Source: Octopus sinensis (taxonomy: Eukaryota). Taken from it: 64,000 bases of DNA. A program made the translations under genes and the position numbers. Position 1 is the stretch's first letter. Each line of letters starts with the position of its first letter. This document shows, piece after piece, positions 12,381 through 25,501 of the stretch. The notes beneath the pieces were generated by a model. That model worked only from the letters and a program-made list of their open reading frames with translations, made no database searches and was not told the origin of the DNA. The DNA lies in NCBI RefSeq assembly GCF_006345805.1, contig NC_043007.1, positions 24,490,001-24,554,000 of the forward strand, written 5' to 3'.

Positions 12381-14079
12381 ATATATTACTGCTCTTTATA
12401 TAGGCTACTGAACAACTGGTACGGCAGTCAACCTAAACTAGTTTAATTCTAATTCACATACTTTTGTGTCTCTGATAAGAAGCCTCTTATATGCTGATGA
12501 GTGTGATATCATTACACACAATGAAAAAAGACCTTCAGACACTTAGAAATAAACTCTCATAAGCATGTAACATGTTTAGGCCTCACAATAAATCTTGATA
12601 AAACTGTTACACTTTATCAGCTGTCCTGGAAAAAGTTTCATGTGTGTCCTAAAATAACAGGATGTAGTAAAACTTTGAAACCTTCCCCTGCCGCCACCAC
12701 CACCACCACCTTCCCTGTATCTTCCTTCAAATATCTTAGGGTAGCATCATTTGAAAGCTTAACTGATGCAAAGAGCTTTATGACCAGTGATGTATAACAA
12801 TATCCGAAAGTCAGGTTGATCACACACACACACACACACACAGATAATATATATATATATATTTTTTGGGGGGAGGCCCCAGAATGGGAGCAGAATTCTT
12901 TCAAAACGGTAGTAGGGAACAGCTGATAATCACAGTTCCTTCCTTAGCGCCCCAGGTCCTAGACTGATTGTACTGACTGACCCTGAACACTCTCATAGGC
13001 TCTATGTGTATGTTTGTGTGTGTATGTGTATGTATGTATGCGTCAGTTTGTGTGTATTTCATCTGTGTGAGTGTGGTAGGCTTGCTAGAAATAGCAGTTG
13101 AATCTCTAGAAAATCAGATCATTAAAAATAGGACACACAGTCTTAGAAAAAAGAAAAATAAAGGATCGAGTGGTTGCGGTTGGAATGTTTATTCGATCAG
13201 GATTGACCTGGGGCTAACAACAACAATAACAGACTCGAATAACTGAACCAGTAAGGGAGTTTACAAGCTCGTAGTTTGACTTGCTAGAAATAGCAGCCAA
13301 AATTTAAACTGTTAAAAAAGGAGGCTGGTGCATTGTACAATGTAGGATGCCATACTCAATATCTGAAAAAAAATTACGGGAGAGTCACTTCTGGAGTTTC
13401 CTTTATCTTAAGTCTGCTCCATTATGCTCACCTAGGAATAGACAAAAATATCAATAACACTACTACAACTACTAACACCACTAACACCACTGCCACTGAT
13501 ACTGCTGCTAGCCATCCTGACGAGGTTAGACACATGGTCGAGCAAAATGCTAGAAGTAGCAACCAAATTTCCCTCATATCATACTCAGTTGCCTTACAAA
13601 AAGGAAAGACAAATATATACTATAACAAAAAAAAAAGAAAGGGTAAAAAAAAAACGAAAGAAAAAATGGATTAGGATGGTCACAGCTGGAATATCTTTAA
13701 TCGTATATATCTGCTTGATTAGAGCCGACCTAGGGTTAAACAACAATAAAAACAGCATCAACACTGTATCGTATTTATATACAGGCCGCCGGCGGTGTGT
13801 TTAAGCTCCAGGCAGACATGGTATATCGTATATCGTAGTAAAAAACTAGTCCATATGTCTTGTCAGCGATACTGGTTATAGACGGATATCATTGATTAGT
13901 TATGCCCAGATAGGAAGGTATATAATTATATATAGCTTGTATAATTAAAAGAAAAACAAGAAAAAGGAATATGAGAAAATGAGTCAAGGGAAATAACTCA
14001 AATGTACCAATGCCAGTGAATTGGGGTAATTTAATTAAAGACCGTATGTAAAAGATATTTTACCTTATTTTTATTTTTA

Positions 14080-14310
14080 CACGTTTTAGCCATTAGGCTA
14101 TGGCCATGCTAGGGCACTACATTAAGGGGTTAAGTCGAACAAATCAACGCCGGGTCTTTTTCTTAAATGCTTGATACTTATTCTTTTTTCTTTTGCCGAA
14201 CAGCTAAATTACGGGGACGCAAACAAACCAACACCGGCTGTCGAGCAATGACGGGAGGACAAACGGATAAACTCGAACACAAAGACACACACAGTGACAG
14301 ACAGACAGAC

Positions 14311-14369
<59 letters not shown>

Positions 14370-14470
14370 TAGATAGATAGACAGATAGACAGACAGACAG
14401 ATAGATAGATAGACAGATAGATAGACAGATAGATAGACAGACAGATAGATAGACAGATAGATAGACAGAC

Positions 14471-14529
<59 letters not shown>

Positions 14530-14534
14530 TAGAC

Positions 14535-14577
<43 letters not shown>

Positions 14578-14740
14578 TAGATAGACACATGACGGGCTTC
14601 TTTCAGTTTCCGTCCACCAAATCCACTCACAAGCTTTTGGTCTCTTGTAACAGACACTTGCCCAAGGTACCATGCAGTGGGACTGAACCTGGAGCCATGT
14701 GGTTGGGAAGTAAACCTTCTTACCGCACAGTCACACCACT
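14080..14740 (-). mobile_element. SINE A with a (GATA/GACA)n array in place of the central microsatellite
   Basis: A-family halves flank the 14296-14587 array. Confidence 0.8.
14296..14587. repeat. (GATA/GACA)n microsatellite
   Basis: About 290 bp of tetranucleotide repeats. Confidence 0.98.
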
Positions 14741-15015
14741 AATTTAAATTTCTCTTTTAGTTGGAGAAATATCATCCTTGGCTTATGTAGTTGTATTGAT
14801 ATAATTAATAGAGCGGTCGGACAAACATACCTTGCCGGATTTAATTACAGTTCTTCGTACTGAAATTTAGCCGAGGTCAGCCTTGCCTTTTAATGATTCT
14901 TATAGTCGATAATATGAAGTTCTGGTTAAATAATTGGGTTTATTTAATTGCCTATTCCTAAAATGTGTGGCCTTGTGAATAGATTTGGTAGACAGAAACT
15001 GAAAGAAACCCGTCG

Positions 15016-15057
15016 TATGTATGTATGTATGTATGTATGTATGTATGTATGTATGTA

Positions 15058-15094
<37 letters not shown>

Positions 15095-15119
15095 GTGTGT
15101 GTATGTATGTATGTATGTA

Positions 15120-15154
<35 letters not shown>

Positions 15155-15260
15155 ATTGATGTTTTGTGTGTTTATGTATGTATGTATGTATGTATGTATG
15201 TTTGTGTGTGTGTGTGTGTGTATGTTTATTTCTATGTTTTGCGTGTGTGTATGTTTATGT
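15016..15260. repeat. (TATG)n/(TG)n compound microsatellite inside a SINE A remnant
   Basis: Direct reading; A-family flanks at 14960-15015 and 15270-15320. Confidence 0.95.
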
Positions 15261-15944
15261 GTTTGTGTTGTACCCACCCCCGCTTGACAACCGATGTCGA
15301 TCAATTTACACCTCCTTAGCGATTCAGCAATTTAAATCTACATAGCGATTCAGCAAAAGGTGATCGACAGAATATGTGTATACGTACGTACATACGTATG
15401 TATGGATGAATGGATGTACGTATGAATGTGCATGTATTTTGTCTAAAGTCGTAAGACACCTGCTGTTATCCTCTTATTAACCATTCTTGTTTTTATTTTT
15501 GTTTTCGTTTTTTGTATTTATATTCGTCCCTGTTGCGTTTACATTCGTTCCTTTTTCCAAGAAATCTAATGCTCACAGCTTAGTTTTTCCTTGGGGCTGG
15601 CCGCGTTGGAGCAAATATCAGAATTAATCAGCCGAAATTTGCTATGATGATCCGGTTTCTGACTGAAGATTAAAGGCTTCGAATGGCCCGTCTGTTTTCT
15701 GTGTTCGTCCCTTTGTGTATTTCACGTTCTTGTTTCTTTATATATAAATTTTATTCCTATGTGTATACGTACATGTGTATGTATGTACTGGCAGAATGAT
15801 TAAAGCTTCCAATAATAAAATGCCTTGGGGTTATTCGGTTACAGCTGTTGGTTGATCGATTACGTTAATAAAATAAAGAAACAAGAAGACACTAACAACG
15901 ATACCAATGAAGGAACACACATACACACGTTTAATATTTTCTAC

Positions 15945-16905
15945 TCTAGGCACAAGGCCCAAAATTTTGGGGGAGGGAGCCAGTCGATTAGATCGACCCC
16001 AGTACGCAAGTGGTACTTAATTTATCGACCCCGAAAGGATGAAAGGCAAAATCGACCTCGGCGGAATTTGAACCCAGAACATAATGGCAGACGAAATACC
16101 ATTAAGCATTTCTTTATTGCCCACAAGGGGCTAAACACAGAGGGGACAAACAAGGACAGACAAACGGATTAAGTCGATTACATCGACCCTAGTGCGTAAC
16201 TGGTACTTATTTAATCGACTCCGAAAGGATGAAAGGCAAAGTCGACCTCGGCGGAATTTGAACTCAGAACGTAACGGCAGACGAAACACCACTAAGCATT
16301 TTGCCCGGCATGCTAATGTTTCCTATTTCTTTATTGCCCACAAGGGGCTAAACACAGAGGTGGCAAACAAGGACAGACAAAGGGATTAAGTTGATTACAT
16401 TGACCCCAGTACGTAAATCAATCAATCAATCAACGTTGGTTAATGTCCGTTTTCCATGCTAGCATGAGTTGGATGGTTCGACCAGCGATCTGGGAAGCCA
16501 GGAGGCTGCACCAGGCTCCAGTCTGATCTGGCAGTGTTTCTACAGCTCCATGCCCTTCCTAATGCCAATCACTCCATGCATAACTAGTACTTAATTTATC
16601 GACCCCAAAAGGATGAAAAGCAAAGTTGACCTCGGTGGAATTTGAACTCAGAACATAAAGGCAGACGAAATACCAATTTCTTTACTACCCACAAGGGGCT
16701 AAACACAGAGGGGACAAACAAGGACAGACATAGGTATTAAGTCGATTACATCGACCCCAGTGCGTAACTGGTACTTAATTTATCGACCCCGAAAGGATGA
16801 AAGGCAAAGTCGACCTCGGCGGAATTTGAACTCAGAACATAAAAGCAGATGAAATACCGCTAAGCATTTCGCCCGACGTGCTAACGTTTCTGCCAGCTTG
16901 CCGTC
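15945..16905 (-). mobile_element. SINE B multimer cluster, interrupted by an RTE tail
   Basis: Four to five body units head-to-tail. Confidence 0.85.
16417..16576 (-). mobile_element. Short RTE 3'-end fragment inserted in SINE B
   Basis: Matches the 20594-20730 terminus; (ATCA)n tail; the SINE B sequence resumes after it. Confidence 0.7.
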
Positions 16906-17655
16906 TTCACACATGTTTAATTTAACATGTTACTGTTCTATGTGTAAACACTGAAGACACATAAGGCAAAAACAAATCAATGAGGTCAGGTCAGCTGTGG
17001 CCATTAAACCTGTTGGAAATAAGAGCTAAATCTCCTTCTGTGCCATTTACAGAAGAACAAAAAAATAAAGACAGAAAGGGTAGTTTAATCTCAGATGAAC
17101 TATGTATGAGAACGAAAAGAAAAAAAAAAAGGGCAGGACAGCCATTGCTGGAATGTCTTTAATTATATGAGGTTAGTAAGATCAGGGCTAAGTAGGGCTA
17201 AATAAGAAAACAATAAATGTAGATAATGTATGTGTATATGTATGTATGTGTATATGTATGTATAAAGGTATATATGTATGTGTGTACGTTGGTGTATGCG
17301 TGTATATGTATATAGGGATATAGGTATGTATAGGTGTTCCAAGAGAATAGATTTAGAAATTATATAGTGTGCCAAAATCTATAACTTCTTTGAATAAGTA
17401 GGTGTAAGAGTGGCTGTGTAGTAAGTAGCTTGCTTACCGACCACATGGTTCAAGGTTCAGTCTCACTACGTGGCACCTTGGGCAAGTGTCTTCTACTATA
17501 GCCTAAAAAAAAAAAAAAAAAAAAGAAGCGGAAGTCGGCAGGCGCTTTCGTCTTCTCCCATCACCATCTTCATTCCATCACCATCATTCATTAATGTCTA
17601 TGTCCAGCCCGTAGCTACTATCTGTGTACTGCCCTTGTGGCAAATTAAATAAAAT

Positions 17656-18036
17656 CAAGTAGCTTGCTTACGAACAGCATGGTTCCGGGTTTAGTCCCAC
17701 TGCGTGGCACCTTGGGCAAGTGTCTTCACTATAGCCTCGGGCCAACCAAAGCCCTGTGAGTGGATTGTGTAGATGGAAACTGGAAGAAGCCCATCGTATA
17801 TATGTATATATATATGTGTATGTATATGTTCGTGTGTCGGTGTTTGTCCCCCCCAACATCGCTTGACAACTGATGCTGGTGTGCTTACGTCCCAGTAACT
17901 TAGCAGTTCGGCAAAAGAGACTGATAGAATAAATACTAAGCTTACAAAGAATAAGTCCTGGGGTCGATTTGTTCGACTAAAGGCGGTGCTCCAGCATAGC
18001 CACAGTCAAATGATTGAAACAAGTAAAAGAGTAAAA
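17656..18036 (+). mobile_element. SINE A (a separate head-only piece lies at 17399-17505)
   Basis: A consensus. Confidence 0.85.
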
Positions 18037-18080
18037 GGGCAAATATAGTTTAAGCATTGTAGATTACAAATCTGCATTAA

Positions 18081-18299
18081 CCCTTTAGTGTTCAGATTAT
18101 TCAATCAAACATAATGCCTATTGATTCTCATTGATTTGAATTAATCATGCATTGTCTCATATCTTCAAGATGTTGATGGTGTAATTACTTAATATAGAAT
18201 AACATTGTAGGGTAGGTGTGAGAGCCTGGATCTGGTCAGTTTGAACATAAAACAGATTAACTATTTTGGCCGGATATGGCCGGTTTAAATACTAAAGGG
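18081..18299. mobile_element. piggyBac-type MITE
   Basis: TTAA|CCCTTTAGTG ... TACTAAAGGG|ATAA (one mismatch in the right TTAA). Confidence 0.65.
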
Positions 18300-18702
18300 A
18301 TAAAATAGAAAAGGTTGAGCGGGAAACTTTCCTCCACCGTACCCCTACTTAATTGTTTAGTTCCGACTTTTTTTGTTTTGAAAGTTTTCGAATATATTGA
18401 AGCATTATTATATCACCCCAGATGTTTAAAACATAAATCTGAGAAAAAAAAAAGCACTTTTCAAAAGAAAGTGAAAACCAGGAAAAATACAAAAAAAAAT
18501 GTTATCCCTCTCATATCTATAATGCTTAAAACATGCTCATCTGGTTTCAGATGTACTAGATAAATTTCAATATCCATGTATCTATCTATGTATCTATCTG
18601 TCTGTCTGTCTGTGTGTGTATACACACATACCCATTTACCTCTATAGATAGGTATTTAAATTTAGCCTGTTTTGTGCTTGTCTATAAATGTGCAAGTCAG
18701 TT

Positions 18703-18704
<2 letters not shown>

Positions 18705-18743
<39 letters not shown>

Positions 18744-18778
18744 CACACACACACATACACATATATAAATATATATAC

Positions 18779-18831
<53 letters not shown>

Positions 18832-18833
18832 TT

Positions 18834-18896
<63 letters not shown>

Positions 18897-19105
18897 GATA
18901 GATAGATAAGATAGATAGATAAGATAGATAGACAGGCAGATAATAGATACATACATGCATACATACATGCATGCAAACATACATGCATGCATGCATGCAT
19001 ATATACATAAATACATGCATGCATATATATACATACATACAAACATACATACATACATACATACATTAATACATAAATACTTACATACATACATACATAC
19101 ATGCA
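18705..19105. repeat. (TA)/(GATA)/(CATA) compound microsatellite
   Basis: Direct reading of the sequence. Confidence 0.97.
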
Positions 19106-19182
19106 TGACAGATCTCCACCAAACCACATCTCGAAAAAGCTTATCTCTCTCACTGTACTATCAGTGGCAGCACAGAGCAGAA

Positions 19183-19300
19183 GATGGTCCACCAGTTCAG
19201 CTGCCGGGAGTGCATCATCTCATTAAATGCCAAGATCAGCCGAGAGGTTACTAACAGACTGGTAAATCCAAACACTGCATTTGTCAGACTGCACAAAAAA
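19183..19300 (+). mobile_element. BovB/RTE-like RT remnant
   Basis: CIISLNAKISREVTNRLVNPNTAFVRLHKK resembles BovB-type GCTISSDAKIDKEVDNRLAKANSAFGRL. Confidence 0.5.
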
Positions 19301-19344
19301 ACCCCAAAAAACTCTGGAACTATATTGCCTGTATGATAGTGATG

Positions 19345-19715
19345 CTTATTTAAACCAAGAAGTTTGCTTCTCAACCATATGGCTCTGGGTTCAATCCCAC
19401 TGCATAGCACTTTCGGCAAGCGTCTTCTGTTATGGCCTCAGGCTGACTAAAGTCTTGTGAGTGGATTTGGTAGATGGAAACTGAAAGAAGCCCAAGAAGC
19501 CTATCACATATTTGTGTCTGTGTGTATGTGTGTTTGTTTCCCAACCACTGCTTGACAAGCAGTTTTGATGTGTGTATGTGTGCCCATAACTTAGCAGTTC
19601 AGCAAAAGAGACCAATAGAATAAATAGCAGGCTTACAAAAAGTAAGCACTGGAGTCAATGCTGTCAACTAGAATTCTTCAAAGCAGTGCTCCAGCATGAC
19701 CATAGCCTAAATGAT
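19345..19715 (+). mobile_element. SINE A, older diverged copy
   Basis: Degenerate A consensus. Confidence 0.7.
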
Positions 19716-20747
19716 TGAATGCATACTTACTCACATACATACATGCATGCACACACACATACATACATACACACATACGCATACATACATACACACACAA
19801 ATGCACACAAACACACACACACACACATATACATACAACAAACTTCTTTCAGTTTCCAGCTACCAAATCCTCTCACAAGTGCTTTCATTAGCCTGGAACT
19901 ATAGTTACAGACATTTGCCCAAGGTGCCACACAGTGAGATTGAACCTGAGACACAGCCACGCCTGTGCCTCCATACAAGCCTGTAAATCCATTGAGGTTG
20001 AGCCAATCTGTTCTCTTCTCAATGACCAGAAAAAAAAAACAAAAGAGAAAGAACAAGCAATATTCATATAAAAAATCTTCATCACAATTCCCCCTCACTT
20101 CAAATATGAACAACTTGCAATTAGAGCCCTCAAGATTGCTCCCAATGTTTGGTCTCACTATGACTGAGGATCTTTCTTGGCATAACAAAGATCGGAAGCA
20201 CATGGCTTAGTGGTTAGGATGTTTGACTCATGATCATGAGATCTTGGTTTCAGTTCCAGGACCGGGTAATGCATTGTGTTCTTGAGCAAAACACTTCATT
20301 TCACATTGTTCCAGTCCACTCAGCTGATAAAAATGAGTAATCCTGCAATGGACCGGCGTCCAGCTCAAGGAGGGATATATATGTCAGAGAAACCAGGAAA
20401 CTGGCCTTATGCCCTTAATGTAAAAAAAAGGTAAAGTTACCTTCTTGAGTTCTGTAGACTCATATGGGCTGGTTTCCCAGTTTCATGACGTGTATATTCC
20501 CCACCTGGTTGGGACACCAGTCTGTATTATATCTATCTCTCTATCTATCTATAAATGGTATTAAATATCTATCATCATCATCATCATCATCATTTAACGT
20601 CCGCTTTCCATGCTAGCATGGGTTGGACGGTTCAACTGGTGTCTGGGGAGCCCGAAGGCTGCACCAGGCCAGTCAGATCTGGCAGTGTTTCTACAGCTGG
20701 ATGCCCTTCCTAACGCCAACCACTCCGAGAGTGTAGTGGGTGATTTT

Positions 20748-21720
20748 ATGTGCCACCGACACAGGTGCCAGACGAGGCTGGCGAACGGCCACGCTCGGAT
20801 GGTGTTTTTATGTGCCACCACACACAGGTGCCAGACAAGGCTGGCAGACGACCACGCTTGGATGGTGTTTTTTTTTATGTGCCACCGACACAGGTGCCAG
20901 ACGAGGCTGGCGAACGATCACGCTCGGATGGTGTTTTTTATGTGCCACCGACACAGGTGCCAGACAAGGCTGGCAGACGACACGCTCGGATGGTGTTTTT
21001 ATGTGCCACCGACACAGGTGCCAGACGAGGCTGGCGACGGCCACGCTCGGATGGTGTTTTTTATGTGCCACCGACACAGGTGCCAGACAAGGCTAGCAGA
21101 CGACCACGCTCGGATGGTGTTTTTTTTATGTGCCACCGACACAGGTGCCAGACGAGGCTGGCGAACGGCCACGCTCGGATGGTGTTTTTATGTGCCACCG
21201 ACACAGGTGCCAGACAAGGCTGGCAGACGACCACGCTCGGATGGTGTTTTTTTTATGTGCCACCGAACAGGTGCCAAGAGGCTGGCGAACGACCACGCTC
21301 GGATGGTGTTTTTTATGTGCCACCGACACAGGTACCAGACGGCCACGCTCGGATGGTGTTTTTATGTGCCACCGACACAGTGCCAGACAAGGCTAGCAGA
21401 CGACCACGCTCGGATGGTGTTTTTTATGTGCCACCGACACAGGTGCCAGACGAGGCTGGCGAACGGCCACGCTCGGATGGTGTTTTTTATGTGCCACCGA
21501 CACAGGTGCCAGACAAGGCTAGCAGACGACCACGCTCGGATGGTGTTTTTATGTGCCACCGACACAGGTGCCAGACGAGGCTGGCGAACGGCCACGCTCA
21601 GATGGTGTTTTTATGTGCCACCAACACAGGTGCCAGACAAGGCTAGCAGATGACCACGCTCGGATGGTGTTTTTTTTTTTTTTTTTTTTTTTTTTATGTG
21701 CCACCGACACAGGAGCCAGA
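20748..21720. repeat. About 62-bp minisatellite (about 16 units, alternating A/B dimer) in the LINE 3' UTR
   Basis: Unit ATGTGCCACCGACACAGGTGCCAGAC[GAGGCTGGCGAACGGC or AAGGCTGGCAGACGAC]CACGCTCGGATGGTGTTTTTT with a variable T-run. Confidence 0.95.
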
Positions 21721-21995
21721 TTTTGCTGGCGATCGGCCACGATTGGGTGGTGATTGTTACGTGCCCACAGCATGGAGGCCAGTCGGTGCGGTACTGGCTA
21801 CACCCACGTTCGGATGGTATTCTTGTGTGCCACCGGCACTGGTACCACAAAGATACAAATTCCATTGATGTTCATCTATTTTGATTTTGTTTGATTTTCG
21901 CTTGCCTCAACAGGTCTTCACAAGTGTCACAAGAAGGAAGGTATGCACAGGTGGACTGACTACGTCCTAGGTAGGGGCCATGGGTTATGGCCTGA

Positions 21996-23660
21996 CTAGT
22001 CTTGCTGGGTCTTCTCACGCACAGCATACTTCCATAGGTCTCGGTCTCTAGTCATTTCCTTGGTGAGACCTAAAGTTCGTAGGTCGTGCTTCACCACTTC
22101 GTCCCAGGTTTTCCTGGGTCTACCTCTTCCACAGGTTCCCTCAACTGCTAGGGTGTAGCACTTTTGCACACAACTATCTTCAGCCATTCTCGTCATATGA
22201 CCATACCAGCGCGCAGCCGTCTCTCTTGCACACCACAACTGACGCTTCTTAGGTTCAACTTTTCTCTCAAGGTACTTACACTCTGACGACTATGAACTGA
22301 CATTACACATCCATCGGAGCATACTGGCTTCATTTCTTGCGAGCTTACGCATATCCTCAGCAGTCACAGCCCATGTTTCACTACCATGTAGCATGGCTGT
22401 ACGTACACATGCATCATAAAGTCTGCCTTTTACTCTGAGCGAGAGGCCTTTGTCACCAGCAGGGGTAAGAGCTCTCTAAACTTTGCCCAAGCTATTCTTA
22501 CTCTAGCAGTTACACTTTCAGCACACCCACCCCCGCTACTATTTGGTCTCCAAGGTAGCGGAAGCTATCAACTACTTCTAGTTTGTCTCCCTGGAACGTG
22601 GTAGAAGTTGGTCTCTGCACATTTCCAGTGTTTATTTCTCCTGAGCATCTGCCACATACGAAAACTATCTTCCCAGTTAGCCTACCTTTGACATTACTGC
22701 ACCTCTTATGTGTCCATAGCTTACACTTGGTGCACCTTATAGAGTTTCTACCTACACCTTTTCTACAGATCGAGCAGGGCCATCTACCTGAAGTCGTTTG
22801 TGGTTGGTCCACCTTCCTACTTATTAGGACTTTGGTTTTGGCTAGGTTGATTCTAAGGCCCTTCGATTCTAATCCTTGTTTCCACACCTGAAACTTCTCC
22901 TCCAGTTCTGATAGTGACTCAGCATTAGAGCAAGGTCATCAGCATATAGGAGCTCCCAGGGGCATCCTGTCTTAAATTCTTCCGTTATTGCCTGGAGGAC
23001 TATGATAAATAGGAGGGGGCTGAGGACTGAACCTTGGTGGACCCCAACCTCTACCCGAATTCTTCACTGTACTCGTTGCCAACCCTCACCTTACTAGCTG
23101 CGTCTCTGTACATGGCTCGCACAGCTCTCACTAACCATTCATCTATCCCTAGTTTCCTCATTGACCACCAGATAAGGGATCGGGGGACCCTGTCAAAGGC
23201 TTTCTCTAAGTCAACAAAAGCCAGGTACAAGGGCTTACCTTTGGCTAGGTATTTCTCCTGCAGCTGTCTTACCAGGAATATAGCATCAGTAGTACTTTTC
23301 CCTGGCACAAACCCAAACTGCATATCATCTAAGCTAACTCTCTCTCTAATTAACTGGGCTATAACCCTCTCCGTAACCTTCATTACCTGATCCAACAGCT
23401 TGATGCCCCTGTAGTTATTTGTATCTAGGGTATCGCCTTTACCTTTGTAGCAGTTGACTATTATGCTGCTACACCAGTCATTGGGTATGACTCCTTCGTG
23501 TATCACCTGGTTAACTATACGGGTGACTATGCTATAGCCGACACTACCAGATATTTTGAGCATCTCTGCAGTAGTTCCTGATGGGCCTGGGGCTTTCCCT
23601 GTCTTCATGCTTCTAATTGCCTTAGCTACCACGGAACTATCAACTCGGATAGCTGGTCCG
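21996..23660 (-). pseudogene. Frameshifted RTE ORF2 reverse transcriptase
   Basis: Motifs in order: GKAPGPSG, YRGIKLL, QFGFVPGKSTTDAIF, FVDLEKAFDRVPR, GVHQGSVLSP, LYADDL (22935-22946), FRYLGD, LRWYGH, GRPRKTW, DRDLW. Broken by several 1-nt frameshifts. Confidence 0.92.
22645..22776 (-). other. PHD-type (C4HC3) zinc finger embedded in RTE ORF2
   Basis: CSIC-x11-CTKC-x4-H-x2-C-x14-CGRC lies between the YADD/KTK region and the FRYLG motif. Confidence 0.75.
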
Positions 23661-23999
23661 TGTGTGTGTGTGTGTGTGTATGTGTGAATGCATGTAGAAG
23701 TAGCTGTATTTAGTTCAAATGAAGGTATCAGTGAAAGTGAATGAAAATGAAGTGAAGCAAGGTGCTACAATCAATGTGAAAGTTGCTTGTAAAGAACTCA
23801 GTGTGGAGAAAGGAAGAGAAATGCAGAAAGATTACTGGTGATAATAAAATTGAGTAACTTTTGAGAGTACTGCATATAGCTAGTTTGCTGTATGACTGGC
23901 AGTGATAAAATTTACTTGGTTGGCAAGGAGCATGTTTGTAAGATGTATTTGTTCTGATGAAAGCTAGGAGAGACTAGTTCTAGCTTTGAGTTCAATAAA

Positions 24000-24660
24000 A
24001 TTAACCACATTATGTGATATTATTGCTTTTATAAGGATCATTAAACTTCTCCACTTGTCCCAGTGATGCTCCATTAATATGCAGAATACGCTGGGAAGAT
24101 TTCCCTGCTTAGCTGCACTCACCCACTGTCTGATGAGCCAAGTAGCACCCACCAATTGTGATACCACTAAAAGGATTGGTTCAAGCCAGCTGTATACATT
24201 TGATATATTACATTTTGACTGCTATTCCTTCACTATACGAGAGTTTTTCTTTTCTTTTTTTCCATTTTACTTGGATTTGTATTCACCAATATCCAATTAG
24301 CTTGGTATATTTATATCCCTATTGAGAGCTTGCTGATAAAGGTCAATAAGATGCCTTCAGTGAAAAGCCAGTTTCTTTTTGTTTTGGTACCAGTAACTAT
24401 AATAAAATCTGCTTTATACTGCTTTCCTATCCTGCAGTTTCCCTACTACACAATACCAAGGATATCACCATTGGTATTGTAAACTCTGGATTTAATACAG
24501 AAGCAATACCTTTAATGGATTTATTTTAAGCCACACAGGACCCTGGGTAAACAGTTTCTACTCACTCCAGGAATTTTCACTATGATGAAACTCAATCAAT
24601 TGACCACCCTATCATTTCTTTGAGGATAATTGATTTTGAGTGAATTTCTTGTTAATTATT
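24000..24660 (-). mobile_element. Highly degenerate Ty3/Gypsy-like integrase relic
   Basis: Scattered across frames in the expected order: RVV, H..PGVSR..L.R..VW.KIN, RHLIDL, SDSG, GQVEKFN; many stops. Confidence 0.4.
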
Positions 24661-25036
24661 TTTCTATCAGTTTCTTTCTTCTGATGTTACAGTTTCCCCA
24701 CTGACAATTTTCAACTCAGGTTTGAAGACGATCAATTTATATTTAAGAGGATTTTTTATTTTTGTTTTTACTATGTCTACACATTAAAAAAAAACAACAA
24801 ATTCTATATCAACTTTCATTGGTGAAAAGTGCAGCTATTTAATTATTTACATTTGATAGGTATTGCCACATAATTGATAATCTCCCACAGATCAATGATC
24901 TTTTCTTTCCATTTTCTAAGTCTATGATATTCTTTTATTGTTTTGCTTTTGTTTACAACTTTTAGTATCTTCAAGACACAGTTTAACACGTTGTGAAAGG
25001 GGAATAAAAACAGCAGCTTCTTTCTGAAATTTATTG

Positions 25037-25410
25037 TTACCTCCACCAAGGAAGGAGGTTATGTTTTCATCAGCGTTGGCTTGTCCGTCTGTCTGCAAGA
25101 TAACTCAAAAAGTTGTGAACAGTATTTGATGAAACTTGCAAGAAAAGTTGGTAATGACACAAGGAACAGATGACGAAATTTTGGTAGTGATCCAGGAATT
25201 TTTATGGATTCTTGAAGGATTTTTCATTTGTTATATTTACTTTACATGAAGTATTACAATGCTACTTCTTTGATTATCTCCCTTGAAAATAGGTTCATGG
25301 TTTTCCCGTGACCTATGGTGGCGTTGCTATTTCCAAAGTTTTTTTCGTTTCTCAATTATTAATTTTACTCGCGTATCTATCTTACAATAAGCTGCTTGGC
25401 GGAGGTCTGC
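25037..25410 (+). mobile_element. Helentron/DINE-1-like non-autonomous element (HINE)
   Basis: Subterminal IR CCTCCACCAAG (25040) / CTTGGCGGAGG (25395), GGAGGTTATGTTTTC head, short GTCY tract. Confidence 0.55.
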
Positions 25411-25501
25411 GGAGGATAACATGACAAGCCTTGACTATTGGGATGATTCCTGTTTCTAAAGGGTTTTTTTTTAAAAATCATATGGCTGTGTTATTTTTTT
25501 T

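Larger units (their letters stand above)
20573..23660 (-). mobile_element. 5'-truncated RTE-clade LINE (about 3.1 kb) with (TGA)n tail
   Basis: RT ORF remnant, long 3' UTR, ends ...GCGGACGTTAAA(TGA)n. The same 3' terminus recurs at 16.4, 58.8 and 62.6 kb. Confidence 0.93.

Noticed and set aside
12490-12530. CTGATGA-GTGTG..CACAC-aat-GAAA hammerhead
   Set aside because: Three extra nucleotides precede GAAA and there is no stem I or III.
12638-12904. EDTGKVVVV as a possible CaMKI exon 2
   Set aside because: There is no GAFSEV or AIKCI and no suitable splice sites; the valines come from a GGT repeat.
14178-15319. Long ORFs rich in YLSI, MYVC or HTHT, including reflectin-like Met/Tyr content
   Set aside because: They are translations of GATA, TATG and TG microsatellites, with no reflectin motif.
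20748-21720. CRISPR-like array, or the 347/298-aa ORFs over it
   Set aside because: There are no unique spacers (units alternate A/B), no cas genes and the context is eukaryotic. The ORFs arise from repeat periodicity and shift frame at the T-runs.
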